Source: an uncultured virus (IMG/VR IMGVR_UViG_3300028283_000004) (lineage: Duplodnaviria > Heunggongvirae > Uroviricota > Caudoviricetes). Taken from it: 64,000 bases of DNA. Made by a program: the position numbers and the translations under genes. The DNA lies in the IMG/VR virus record IMGVR_UViG_3300028283_000004. One strand, 5' to 3'. Positions within the stretch are counted from its first letter, which is position 1, and every line of letters begins with the position of its first letter. Under the pieces are notes generated by a model. The model had not been told where the DNA came from, ran no database searches, and was given only the letters and a program-made list of their open reading frames with translations. Shown piece after piece: positions 27,767 to 38,039 of this stretch.

Positions 27767-28468
27767 ATGAGCAACATATTACAAGCAGGTCAATTGGGAT
27801 TTGGAATTCTTATTGAATCAGATTCTGGGTATATAAGTAGTGACCTAAACCCATCAATAATTACCGAAGGTTTTGTATTAAAACCAAATGAACCAGTTTT
27901 AATTAATTGTATTTTACAAAAATGGGGTGTAAAAAATAAAAATGGTCGTATCTATCCTAAAGATGTTTTAATTCCACAAGCCAACGAATATCAGAAATTA
28001 ATCGATACCAACAGTGCGGTAAGCGAAGCCGATCACCCCGAATCCTCTATCATTTCACTACAAAACATCTCTCACATGGTCACAAAAATGTGGTGGGGTA
28101 AGGGCGAACAGGAAAATGTTTTATATGGACAATTAAAAATAATTGTATCTCCCGGTTTTATCAAATATGGTGTTTGTTCAGTTATTGGCGATAAAATCGT
28201 TCTTTACTTACAAAATAAAATACGTCTGGGGATTTCATCACGTGGTGTTGGAACACTTAAAGAAGTTAATGGTGAAAACTTGGTTCAAGCAGATTTTGAG
28301 TTAATTGGCTTTGATTTAGTTTCATCACCAAGTACCTTGGGTGCATTTTTATTTCCCGAACAAAGTGGGGAAAGTAAATTTGGAGAGGGATATACCGTGA
28401 AAAACGGTTTGTATTTGAAAGAAGATGAATTAAAAATAATAAATGCAACGAACAAATTTTTATTATAA
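27767..28468 (+). CDS. prohead core protease (T4 gp21-like)
   Basis: KNKNGRIYP, EADHP, ISHMV, LGISSRGVG, DLVSSPS motifs. Confidence 0.95.
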   Translation: MSNILQAGQLGFGILIESDSGYISSDLNPSIITEGFVLKPNEPVLINCILQKWGVKNKNGRIYPKDVLIPQANEYQKLIDTNSAVSEADHPESSIISLQNISHMVTKMWWGKGEQENVLYGQLKIIVSPGFIKYGVCSVIGDKIVLYLQNKIRLGISSRGVGTLKEVNGENLVQADFELIGFDLVSSPSTLGAFLFPEQSGESKFGEGYTVKNGLYLKEDELKIINATNKFLL

Positions 28469-28589
28469 AAATTTGCATAATATAAACATAATTCTTTAAA
28501 TAAACAAGAATTTTATAAAAAAAAATACTTTTTCACAAAGATTACGTATTTATATTAAAATTATAGTATTAGCACGATAATATGATAAC

Positions 28590-30137
28590 ATGAAAGACGA
28601 GAAAAAAACATCAATAATTAAAGAAGCCATAATTGATTATGATGCAATTAGGGAAGCTGCAAAAATCGATGCTAAAAACAAATTAGCAAACGAATTTCCA
28701 GAAAGTTTCAATAAATTATTAAAAGAAGAATTAAATAAAAATAAAGCTAAAGAGTCTTATAAAAAAGTAGACGAAGCACAAGAATCTGAGAAATCAGATG
28801 TATCAAATAAAGAAGAGTCTGATATGAAAAACGAAGCAAAAGAGACTGTAAAGGTCGTAAAAAATGAGGATGTGAAAGTAACATCAAAAGGCGTTCAAAT
28901 CACTAATACCGTTGGTAAAGGCTTACCTTTCGGGGCAAAACCAAAAAATGTGGAAGAAGATGTAAAAATCACTGACACTGTGGGTAAAGGTGATCCTTTC
29001 AAAAGCAAGGCAAAAATCGAAGAAGATAAGGAAAATGATTTTATGGGTGATGTGGAGACTAAAACTCCCAATCAAGCTAAAGGTGCAACAGCAAAAGGTG
29101 TTGCATTTCAAGAAAAACCAAAAAAATCTAAAAGCATAACCGAAGACTTTGATATTACCGAACTTAACATAGAGGAAGCATTGGATGGCGCATATGACGA
29201 TGATGTAATCACCGTAGATGACATCGAAAATGAAATATCAGAAATGGAAGGTTTGGGTGAAGAACTTCAAGACATGAGTGGATTACCTAGACAAAAAGGT
29301 GGTTCTGCTCTTGGTAGAGGTGGAGATGCTTACACTAAACTCATTAACATGAGAAATGAAATTGATGAAATGATTAATGGCATGAAACCTGAAGAAGAAG
29401 AAACATATACTCCTGAAGAAGAAGTTTATGCACCCGAAGAAGAGGAAACATATCTTCGTGAAGACGATGTAATTACGGATGAAGATATTGATGCTGTTTT
29501 AGGTGGTGTTAGAGAAGAAGAAGGTGTTGATGAAGCATTGGGAATTTCTCACGCAGCAAATAAAATTGAATCAAGTGCACATCTCCCGGGCAACAATTAC
29601 GTTAGTCCACAACAATTAAGCAGAAGACGTGAAGGATTACAAGAAAGCAAGAAAGTTAGTGATTTGATTGAGGAAAACAAGAAATTGACCAAGAAATTAA
29701 ACGAAACTAAAAAACAAAGCCAAAATGTAAGTACTCTGGTTGAAAATTACAAATCTGCATTAGAGAAGTATCGTAATCAGTTAAAAGAAATGGCTGTATT
29801 CAATACCAATTTAGCACATGTAAATAATCTTCTCGTCAATGAAAGCTTGGCATTAACTCAAGACGATAAAATTAAAATTATCAATGAATTCAAAAAAATT
29901 GATAACATCACCGATTCACAGAGCAAGTATAAATCTTTCTTATCAGAAATGAAAGAAGGTAAAAAAACTTTAACTGAAAACATGGAGAAAAAAGTATCAG
30001 CTTCTATACAACCTTCTTCAAAACAAATGATTGATGAAGTGGTGGAAAAAACTGCCTACGCAAACGATAAACATATTCAAAAAATGAGAAATCTAATCGA
30101 ATACGTAGAAAACAGAGGCAAAAAAATAATTAAATAA
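28590..30137 (+). CDS. prohead scaffold protein (gp22-like)
   Basis: Acidic coiled coil between protease and capsid genes. Confidence 0.8.
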   Translation: MKDEKKTSIIKEAIIDYDAIREAAKIDAKNKLANEFPESFNKLLKEELNKNKAKESYKKVDEAQESEKSDVSNKEESDMKNEAKETVKVVKNEDVKVTSKGVQITNTVGKGLPFGAKPKNVEEDVKITDTVGKGDPFKSKAKIEEDKENDFMGDVETKTPNQAKGATAKGVAFQEKPKKSKSITEDFDITELNIEEALDGAYDDDVITVDDIENEISEMEGLGEELQDMSGLPRQKGGSALGRGGDAYTKLINMRNEIDEMINGMKPEEEETYTPEEEVYAPEEEETYLREDDVITDEDIDAVLGGVREEEGVDEALGISHAANKIESSAHLPGNNYVSPQQLSRRREGLQESKKVSDLIEENKKLTKKLNETKKQSQNVSTLVENYKSALEKYRNQLKEMAVFNTNLAHVNNLLVNESLALTQDDKIKIINEFKKIDNITDSQSKYKSFLSEMKEGKKTLTENMEKKVSASIQPSSKQMIDEVVEKTAYANDKHIQKMRNLIEYVENRGKKIIK

Positions 30138-30156
30138 AAACCTAAAATTTAATAAA

Positions 30157-31836
30157 ATGGGATTTTTAACAGAAAGCGCAGAAGTTGGTAATATTGGATT
30201 AAAACAACTTCGTGAACAAAGAGAAATTACAACAAACCGTTGGGAAAAGATTGGTTTGTTAGAAGGATTAGACGGTAACGTAAAAGAGAATTGCGCACAG
30301 CTTTTCGAAAATCAGTTATCTTATATGATTAACGAATCTTCAGATTCAGCTAACTCAGGTCAGTTCGAAACTGTTGCATTCCCTGTAATTCGTAGAGTAT
30401 TTGCTAAATTGTTAGCAAACGATATCGTATCGGTACAGGCACTTAATTTACCTATCGGTAAATTGTACTACATCAATCCTAAAGCAAGTGTTAGAGTTCA
30501 AGACGGAACTCATACAACTACTGCAGGTTATCAACAAACATCACCTAACGGTGCTTATGGAAACGCAGCTAGTTTGCCAAATACATCAAGAACACAATTC
30601 GAAACTCGTTCATTATATGATGCATTCTATGCAACAGAATATGCAAACGAAGGAACTTCATTATTTGATCGTTCAAAAGGCGATATGTCTGTTCACACTG
30701 GAGCAACAACTGGTACTTCTTGGGTTGCTGGGGATAAATTCCTTTCAGTTGTTATTCATGGCTTCTTAGTAGCTGACTCAGGTAAATTGGTAGGTCCTGC
30801 AGGTGTTCAAATGGACACTGAATCTTTCCTTGCTAGTTTGAAAATTACTTCTGGTTCTGATTTCGTAGCTCCAGCTGGTTTCACCGAGCAAAATCTTCCC
30901 GCTGGTACTTCCATTCCTTTCAACGTAAAAGTTCAAAAATACGGACAAGCAATCGTTGACAAAGCTGGAAATATCGTACTTGTACTTGATTTACAATATG
31001 CTGGAACTAATGGTTACCAAGCAATGAGTGCAACTACTACACCTGCTTTTGCATATGAATACAGAAGTTATTCTGACCTTGAAGAAGATTCAAGAATGGC
31101 TGAAGTTACTTTCCAACTTGACCAAGTTACTGTTTCTGTTGAAACACGTAAAATGCGTGCAATGTGGACTCCTGAATTAGCACAAGACGTTTCTGCATTC
31201 CATAACATTGATGCTGAAGCTGAATTAACAGCATTGCTTTCTGAGCAAATGGCTGCTGAAATTGACCGTGAAATCTTACGTGACTTACGTAGAGGTGCTG
31301 CTTGGACTGCTCGTTGGGACTATAATGGTCTTCGTAGACAATCTAATACATATTACGGAACTCAAAAAGACTGGAATCAAACATTGATCACAAAGATCAA
31401 CCAAATTTCAGCTCAAATCCACAAAGCAACTCTTCGTGGTGGCGCATCTTGGGTAGTAGTATCTCCTGAAGTTTCTGCAGTATTCGATGACTTGGAATAT
31501 TTCCACGTATCAAACGCAGGACCTGAGCAAGATAAATATAACATGGGTATCGAGAAAATCGGAACTCTTAGTGGTCGTTATATCGTTTATCGTGACCCAT
31601 ATTCTCCAGCTAATACAGTATTGGTTGGTCATAAAGGAACAAGTATCCTTGAAACCGGTTACATTTACGCTCCATACGTTCCAATGCAGTTAACTCCTGT
31701 AATGTATAACCCATTCGATTTCACACCAATACGTGGTATCATGACTCGTTATGCAAAGAAAATGGTTCTTAACCGTTATTATGGTAGAATCTTCTGCGAT
31801 GGTCTTCAGACTTTCGGAATCGGTGACTTACAATAA
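30157..31836 (+). CDS. major capsid protein (T4 gp23-like)
   Basis: PVIRRVF, VSVQAL, TRKMRAMWTPELAQD, EIDREI, YAPYVP, FTPIRGIMTRY motifs. Confidence 0.97.
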   Translation: MGFLTESAEVGNIGLKQLREQREITTNRWEKIGLLEGLDGNVKENCAQLFENQLSYMINESSDSANSGQFETVAFPVIRRVFAKLLANDIVSVQALNLPIGKLYYINPKASVRVQDGTHTTTAGYQQTSPNGAYGNAASLPNTSRTQFETRSLYDAFYATEYANEGTSLFDRSKGDMSVHTGATTGTSWVAGDKFLSVVIHGFLVADSGKLVGPAGVQMDTESFLASLKITSGSDFVAPAGFTEQNLPAGTSIPFNVKVQKYGQAIVDKAGNIVLVLDLQYAGTNGYQAMSATTTPAFAYEYRSYSDLEEDSRMAEVTFQLDQVTVSVETRKMRAMWTPELAQDVSAFHNIDAEAELTALLSEQMAAEIDREILRDLRRGAAWTARWDYNGLRRQSNTYYGTQKDWNQTLITKINQISAQIHKATLRGGASWVVVSPEVSAVFDDLEYFHVSNAGPEQDKYNMGIEKIGTLSGRYIVYRDPYSPANTVLVGHKGTSILETGYIYAPYVPMQLTPVMYNPFDFTPIRGIMTRYAKKMVLNRYYGRIFCDGLQTFGIGDLQ

Positions 31837-31854
31837 GCCATTAAATAAATAATT

Positions 31855-31887
31855 AAAAAAAGGTTGCATTTTATGTAACCTTTTTTT
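31855..31887 (+). terminator. intrinsic terminator after capsid gene
   Basis: aaaaaaaggttgcat-ttt-atgtaacctttttttt; overlaps a TATCTTTG -7 box. Confidence 0.85.
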
Positions 31888-31926
31888 ATCTTTGTACGTG
31901 TTTATGCATAAACATATAATAACCAT

Positions 31927-33432
31927 ATGAAAAAAATAGAAACATCTGATTCAATTTTTCTGTTTCTTCAAGAAGAAGCAGATATTAATATTCTCTCTGA
32001 TAGAGAATCCGTTAAAAATTTACAGAATAACGACAAAAAAACATTTGTTTATTATTCTACGGAATTATCAAAAAAAGAAATTATAAGAAAATCAATCAAA
32101 TATCATAAAAACGAAATTCTTGAGAAAATTTTTGCCAGAAAATGCATTATATCTGAAATAGATAATATTAATAAAAATCGATTTTTAAACCAAAATCACA
32201 TACAAGGAACAGACAAATCAAACATATGTTACGGAGCGTTTCACGAAAATAAATTAATTGCAGTATTGGCGTTTGATGATAAAAGAACATTTAGCGGTGG
32301 AAAAACAGAAAACGAATATGAATTATCAAGATTTGCCACAGATAATAAATATATTGTTATGGGTATTTTCCCTAAAATGTTAAGTGCTTTTATAGATCAG
32401 TATAAACCAACTAAAATCACAACATTTGCCAATAAGAGATGGACATTAAGTAAGGATAATATATATTCAAAAAATGGTTTTAAATTAGTAAAAACATTAC
32501 CCCAAGATTATCTTTATTATAAAAACAATAAAATATTTCACAAATTTAATTTAGGCAAATCGCAAATCAAATTAAAATTTCCAAATGTTTTTGATGAAAA
32601 GAAAACAGAATCTGAAATGGCTGAAGAGCTTGGGTATTCTAAAATTTGGGACTGTGGCAAATATAAATATCAACTATTTCTAGATTCAACACAACACGTT
32701 ATATTTGGTTTTATTTATAAAATTACTAATACAATTAACAATAAAATATATATTGGTCAAACGACAAGAGAATTAAGCAAAAGAATCGGTGAATATAGAA
32801 AATCTATGTTATATGATAATGTTAATTGTAATCAACATCTATATAATTCATTTAAAAAATATGAATTTAATAACTTCAAATTTGAGGTTATTGATACAGC
32901 CAAAGATTTAAATGAATTAAATGAAAAGGAAATAAAATACATCAAACAATTTAATTCAAACAATAAGGAGTTTGGGTACAACATTGAATTGGGAGGTAAA
33001 AATGCAATTCCCGATACCGACACGCTTGAGAAAATGTCTAGATCACATTTAGGAATTGTTCAAAGTGAACAATGGGTTGACAGAAGAATTGCTAAGGCAG
33101 GTAGTGAAGATGCTAAAAAATATGGTAAATTAAAAACTGAAGAAGAAAGAGAATATTTATCAGTAAATTCCCCTATGTTTTGGAAAGGTAAAACACGTGA
33201 CGAAGAAACTAAAAATAAAATCAGTAAAACAAAACTTGAAAACGGGTTATCTGAAAAACAAAAATCTGTTATTTGTAAAAAAGTTTATAAAATAAACAAA
33301 AACACCAATGAAATTATTAATGTTTTTGAATCCACATCACATGCATCAAAAATTGAGAACGTTAATCAATCGACAATTTCAAGATGGTGTGCAAATAATA
33401 AAGTTGTTAAAGGTATGCAATGGAGATATTAA
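31927..33432 (+). CDS. composite homing-type endonuclease: Hef-associated N-terminal domain + GIY-YIG + NUMOD-like repeats
   Basis: ARKC...FLNQNHIQG...ELSRF...IWDCG, then GFIYKITNTINNKIYIGQT...GYN, FWKGK, and a C-terminal NUMOD1/HTH-like segment. Confidence 0.8.
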   Translation: MKKIETSDSIFLFLQEEADINILSDRESVKNLQNNDKKTFVYYSTELSKKEIIRKSIKYHKNEILEKIFARKCIISEIDNINKNRFLNQNHIQGTDKSNICYGAFHENKLIAVLAFDDKRTFSGGKTENEYELSRFATDNKYIVMGIFPKMLSAFIDQYKPTKITTFANKRWTLSKDNIYSKNGFKLVKTLPQDYLYYKNNKIFHKFNLGKSQIKLKFPNVFDEKKTESEMAEELGYSKIWDCGKYKYQLFLDSTQHVIFGFIYKITNTINNKIYIGQTTRELSKRIGEYRKSMLYDNVNCNQHLYNSFKKYEFNNFKFEVIDTAKDLNELNEKEIKYIKQFNSNNKEFGYNIELGGKNAIPDTDTLEKMSRSHLGIVQSEQWVDRRIAKAGSEDAKKYGKLKTEEEREYLSVNSPMFWKGKTRDEETKNKISKTKLENGLSEKQKSVICKKVYKINKNTNEIINVFESTSHASKIENVNQSTISRWCANNKVVKGMQWRY

Positions 33433-33434
33433 TA

Positions 33435-33731
33435 TCATTCCTCATCGATTGTAATACCTTTAATAATTCCAAATCCTTCTGCAATGTTCTCATATGCATC
33501 AAGTCTGGTTTTCATAGATGCATAAGTCTTACCTAATAATTTTTGAATTTCGGCTAGATTAATATTCATTGAATATTTTTCTTCGCTAAACATAACCCAT
33601 TCTTTGTTATGGGGCTTAAATTGACCCATAAAAATAATTTGTTCATTTAGTGGATCAAAAGTCACCATAATTTTTTGATTATCCAACAATAAACCCGTTT
33701 CCTTATCTTCGATATTAACTTTCCATCTCAT
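33435..33731 (-). CDS. hypothetical protein
   Basis: 98 aa ORF ending a minus-strand operon. Confidence 0.65.
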   Translation of the reverse strand: MRWKVNIEDKETGLLLDNQKIMVTFDPLNEQIIFMGQFKPHNKEWVMFSEEKYSMNINLAEIQKLLGKTYASMKTRLDAYENIAEGFGIIKGITIDEE

Positions 33732-33882
33732 GTTTTAATGTTTTAATTTTTTCTTCTAATAATTCTTCGTCTTTAACCATATTACCTGCACAGAGTTCAC
33801 TACCATAATCTTCCCACATTAACTTATGTGCAATTTTCATTAATATCAATTCTGCTTCGAGTTGTTTAATTTTTTCTTTCAT
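33715..33882 (-). CDS. small hypothetical protein (55 aa)
   Basis: MKEKIKQLEAELILMKIAHKLMWEDYG...; ATGA overlap with upstream gene. Confidence 0.55.
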   Translation of the reverse strand: MKEKIKQLEAELILMKIAHKLMWEDYGSELCAGNMVKDEELLEEKIKTLKHEMES

Positions 33883-34145
33883 ATGTCATTCAATTTTTTT
33901 ATTTCATATTCTAATTGAGCATTATAATCAAAGTTTTCAAAATTCTTCAAATCTTCAATCATTTGTTTTGAATAAATTAGAAGAAAGGTTGTATATTGAT
34001 CTGGATTAAATAAATCTTGACTAACAAAAGAATTATCAGTCAAAACAACATCATCACTTTTTTCAATTTCTTTATACGCCTTTTTACGTCTTTCTTCTAG
34101 AAATAACTTTGCTTCTTCAATTGTACTAAAACTATTCTTTCTCAT
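33879..34145 (-). CDS. hypothetical protein
   Basis: ORF in operon; likely start MRKNS. Confidence 0.6.
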   Translation of the reverse strand: MRKNSFSTIEEAKLFLEERRKKAYKEIEKSDDVVLTDNSFVSQDLFNPDQYTTFLLIYSKQMIEDLKNFENFDYNAQLEYEIKKLNDI

Positions 34146-35619
34146 CTGACCAATCTTTATCAATTATTAATTCTAATTTAGCTCTTGTAATCGCAACATA
34201 TTTTAAGTTCATTTCTTGTAAATACTGCCAACTTCTCACATTTGGTAATGGTAATAAGTCAGGTCTTATAATAAAGACACGATTTGCTTCCAATCCTTTA
34301 ATCTTATGGACTGTACTCAACACAATGCCCTGTATTTCATCTGTAAATATTACTTTAATCTTCGCCTTCAGATCGGGAATACTAGTGCTTAAACGGGCTA
34401 AAAACAGCAATGTTATGACTTTATCTTCAAGTGCAGTATAACCACTATGTTCATTTGGATTTATAACGCCATCAGACTTTAAATCTTTTCTAAAAGATAA
34501 TAGTTCATGCTCCCAAAATGTTTTCAGTTTATCGATATTATTTATTTTCCCAATTAACTCAATTAAATGTACACCAATATCACTTCCCTTAATTATTGCT
34601 TTTTTATGTTGAGTTAGAAATTCAAAGAATAGTTTAACCAATGGCATTGTTGTTCTACAAATAATAAAATCACCGCCCTCTGCTTCATTCAATGCGCTAC
34701 CCTCTCTAACTAAACCCTCTGGTGCATCATCCAATGCTTTAATATCAGGAACAATTTCTTGTGCTTTTAAGATTACGTTTTTTGAGCATCTAAACGAAAC
34801 TGTTAACGGTAGTATTTTAGTATTTGGAAATTTTTCAAACCATTCAAACGATTTATCATCTGCAGCATTGAAACCATAAATACCTTGAAAGTTATCACCA
34901 AAAGCAAATAGTCTTCCAGTAATCTTTCCACTTAATTTATCCTTCTTTAATATCTTCTCCAATATTTTTATTTGACAACGATTGAAATCCTGTGCTTCGT
35001 CCACTATCACATAATCTTGAGGAAACATCCAAATGCTATTATCAATTGCGGGTAGATAAATCATATCGGTATAGTCATATAATTTTCTATCATTAGTGGC
35101 ATCATCTAATACTTTAAGTACTCTCTTTATGTCACTAGCCTTCTTGATGTTAATATCATATCTCTCTGCAACATATGGTACAAATTCGGGTTTAACTGTT
35201 AGTGTTAATCTGCAAAGATTAACCAACTTTTTTATATTGTTCAAATAGATTGATATTTCTTCCTCATCATCAAATTCTTCCGTTAATTTCCAAGACTTTG
35301 ACTTTGCTTGAAGTATTTTATCAATTTTAAACTCATCAAACTGAATCTTATCACCATATTTTCTCTTTACAGCAGCATTGCCTAGTCCATATGTGGTGTA
35401 ACAACGGATGTGTTCTGGAAGTTTTGTCTTTAATTCCTCTTGAATGTGCTTATTAAAAGCAAGAAAGAGTATTGATTTATCTTTGGGTAATAACTTAGAA
35501 CATTCAATTGCCGTGTAAGTTTTACCACTACCTGCACGAGCCTTAATTAATAAATTTTCATGTCTCTTTTTAGTGAACATGTAAATTCTTTCCTGTTCAG
35601 ATGTTGGTTTATAACTCAT
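34132..35619 (-). CDS. UvrD/Rep-family SF1 helicase
   Basis: ARAGSGKT, VDEAQD, GDNFQGIYGF, SFRC, TVHKIKGLEA, YVAITRAK motifs. Confidence 0.93.
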   Translation of the reverse strand: MSYKPTSEQERIYMFTKKRHENLLIKARAGSGKTYTAIECSKLLPKDKSILFLAFNKHIQEELKTKLPEHIRCYTTYGLGNAAVKRKYGDKIQFDEFKIDKILQAKSKSWKLTEEFDDEEEISIYLNNIKKLVNLCRLTLTVKPEFVPYVAERYDINIKKASDIKRVLKVLDDATNDRKLYDYTDMIYLPAIDNSIWMFPQDYVIVDEAQDFNRCQIKILEKILKKDKLSGKITGRLFAFGDNFQGIYGFNAADDKSFEWFEKFPNTKILPLTVSFRCSKNVILKAQEIVPDIKALDDAPEGLVREGSALNEAEGGDFIICRTTMPLVKLFFEFLTQHKKAIIKGSDIGVHLIELIGKINNIDKLKTFWEHELLSFRKDLKSDGVINPNEHSGYTALEDKVITLLFLARLSTSIPDLKAKIKVIFTDEIQGIVLSTVHKIKGLEANRVFIIRPDLLPLPNVRSWQYLQEMNLKYVAITRAKLELIIDKDWSDEKE

Positions 35620-35926
35620 AATATGGTTGATTTGTATATCTTTTATCTAAATAAATTTCTGAATCATCATGTAATATTCTAGGTGATTGAACACCAAATA
35701 TTATTGTATATTTAATTTTCATTTCATCCAAATCCTTTAAAATAGTTGCCTTAGTATTTTCAATGCTCCAAATTGTATTAGCATCTTGAATACCCCTCAT
35801 TGTAATTAAAATGATATTATCTCCACAAGCATTTAATTTAAACAGTGTATCTAAAGCACCATTTAACCATTCGCTAGTATGATAATCTACAAGCGTCCCA
35901 TCTATATCGAAAATATGTGCTGCCAT
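35609..35926 (-). CDS. small HAD-family phosphatase-like protein
   Basis: FDIDGTL motif I, ITMR motif II, HDD. Confidence 0.7.
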   Translation of the reverse strand: MAAHIFDIDGTLVDYHTSEWLNGALDTLFKLNACGDNIILITMRGIQDANTIWSIENTKATILKDLDEMKIKYTIIFGVQSPRILHDDSEIYLDKRYTNQPYYEL

Positions 35927-36202
35927 TTATTTGATTAATTTTCTACATGTTACATAAAGAATATAAAAATCTCTTAAGGGTAATCCTTTCACAGTGGTTT
36001 CGGTCCATTTAATATTAGGATTACCATGTAAATCAGAAGCATATGTTCCAATCACAATATCATCACCAATGGTTAAATCTTTTTCATCGGGTGTATAATA
36101 ATTGGGGTTATACACTAGCCTTTGAAGATGATGTGGATTAATGTGTGCTTCCTCTGGTTTTATCTGTGGAGCATTTAATTTCCAACTATCATCCGTTATC
36201 AT
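35927..36202 (-). CDS. hypothetical protein
   Basis: ORF in tightly packed operon. Confidence 0.55.
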   Translation of the reverse strand: MITDDSWKLNAPQIKPEEAHINPHHLQRLVYNPNYYTPDEKDLTIGDDIVIGTYASDLHGNPNIKWTETTVKGLPLRDFYILYVTCRKLIK

Positions 36203-36428
36203 TTATCGTTTCCTCCAATTCCTTTTTAACGTCTTGCCAATATATACGCATATTACGATATTTATCATAGTTTTCTGTATTACTAATAAAATCATCAAAT
36301 ATGTCACTAAATGAAGTAATAAGTTGATTTACTGTTTTAATGGCACATTCAATTGAATCGGTTTGATTTAATCCGACTTCTTCAAACACTTCTCTCCATA
36401 ATTCTTCTGCTTTCTCTTTTGGTGTCAT
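36189..36428 (-). CDS. hypothetical protein (MTPKEKAEEL...YWQDVKKE)
   Basis: ATGA overlap with upstream gene. Confidence 0.6.
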   Translation of the reverse strand: MTPKEKAEELWREVFEEVGLNQTDSIECAIKTVNQLITSFSDIFDDFISNTENYDKYRNMRIYWQDVKKELEETINDNG

Positions 36429-36877
36429 TTTAACTCCTCCCAAACATCATTTTTATATTCATAAATTTTTTGTTCATCGGTAACAAATATTTTTAATCCA
36501 TCTGATTTATAAAATATCTTACCATCTTGGACAATTGGTTTATCTTCAATTAAATCTCTTTCTTCAAGAGTTTTAACGATAATATTATATTTTTTATCAA
36601 GCATCATATCTAACTCACCCATTGCTTTCATATTATTAAACAATATTTGAGCCATTTCGTCACCAATTTGACCCAATAAGCGTACTGCGACATCAATCAT
36701 TTCTGCGGTATGATTGTCAAATTGCTGACTTTTACGTGCATACACACTTTGGAGAAAATACCTCGATAGTTCTAACGCAAAGAACTTATCTTCTGGCTTA
36801 TCCACATAATCTTCTGATAATTCAACACATGGTCTACCATTATCATTTAATTTAATTTCGTAATCAATTTTGAGCAT
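36425..36877 (-). CDS. hypothetical protein
   Basis: 150 aa; TATATTTG -7 box at 36904-36911 upstream. Confidence 0.7.
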   Translation of the reverse strand: MLKIDYEIKLNDNGRPCVELSEDYVDKPEDKFFALELSRYFLQSVYARKSQQFDNHTAEMIDVAVRLLGQIGDEMAQILFNNMKAMGELDMMLDKKYNIIVKTLEERDLIEDKPIVQDGKIFYKSDGLKIFVTDEQKIYEYKNDVWEELK

Positions 36878-36918
36878 GATGAAGTATTTATATAATATAA
36901 TTGCAAATATAACATATT

Positions 36919-38037
36919 ATGGCACTAATAACAACAGTTGATAAAAATAAATTATACCTACATGTTAAACATGAATTAGGTTATCCATTGAGACCGTTTG
37001 AGTTAAAGGATGAGATGATGGACTCGTATCTTGAAATGGTTGTAGAAGACTATTCTTCATTAGTTAATAACTGGCTAATTCAACAACAGTGGATTGGTCT
37101 AGAAGGAATGAACAAAGAAACGGGCGACTTTCTGTCTGCATTCACCAATAAGTCGAACCACTATATGGAATCATTCACATATGCATATTCAAAACAAGTT
37201 GGTTTAGGCACAAACGCACCAGCTGCTGCTGGATGGGAATTAAAGCGTGATTTTATTGTTACAGAAGAAAACACACAACACTATACCATACCTGCAAATA
37301 GAGAAGTCAATGAAGTGTTATGGGAAACACCACCATCAATTGACGGTGGATTAGTTGACCCATTTGCCATGAATGCTTGGTCAAGCGGTATTATGGGAAT
37401 GTCATATTTGGGAAGACCCTCTATGTACGTTCAACCAACATATTCTACTCTTTTGGCAGCACAAGATAGAAGAATGAAGCAAAGAATATTACAATCTATA
37501 TTAACTTATAGAATAACTGGAACTGCAAATGGTGAAAAAATATTACATTTGTACCCCGTGCCCGGGGATCGCCATGAAATTGGCAATACTTGGGGCAAAC
37601 ATTATGCTGGTAGAAAGGTTTGGTATTGGTATTATGACACAAATGTAGATAATAGGGATAAATGTCTTGAAGAAAATTCTGATATTGTAAGATTACCATC
37701 TGACCCACCAACAAAAACTTTGGAGTGGGGCAAAATGAATGATGTTGCGCATCAACAAATTCGTAATTTACTTATAGGTAAGGTAAAAATGGTAATTGGT
37801 GGAATAAGGGGGTTCTATACGGGCGAACTTGGGGTTGCTGAAAAGCAATTGACAATGGATTATCGTCATTTACTTGACGAAGGAACAAAATTAAAAGAAG
37901 ATACAGAAAAATTGATATTAGAACAATTAACAAATTTGAGTCAGGTGGTATTGACAGAAAATCGTTCTAAGATTGCAGAAAACGTTAATAAACATTTGGG
38001 TTATCAGCCTCCAAAATTTCCAATTATAGCAATATAA
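36919..38037 (+). CDS. neck/head-tail adaptor protein (gp13-like)
   Basis: LGYPLRPFEL N-terminus, LTMDYRHLLDEG, PPKFPI C-terminus; gp14-like gene nearby. Confidence 0.75.
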   Translation: MALITTVDKNKLYLHVKHELGYPLRPFELKDEMMDSYLEMVVEDYSSLVNNWLIQQQWIGLEGMNKETGDFLSAFTNKSNHYMESFTYAYSKQVGLGTNAPAAAGWELKRDFIVTEENTQHYTIPANREVNEVLWETPPSIDGGLVDPFAMNAWSSGIMGMSYLGRPSMYVQPTYSTLLAAQDRRMKQRILQSILTYRITGTANGEKILHLYPVPGDRHEIGNTWGKHYAGRKVWYWYYDTNVDNRDKCLEENSDIVRLPSDPPTKTLEWGKMNDVAHQQIRNLLIGKVKMVIGGIRGFYTGELGVAEKQLTMDYRHLLDEGTKLKEDTEKLILEQLTNLSQVVLTENRSKIAENVNKHLGYQPPKFPIIAI

Positions 38038-38039
38038 CA

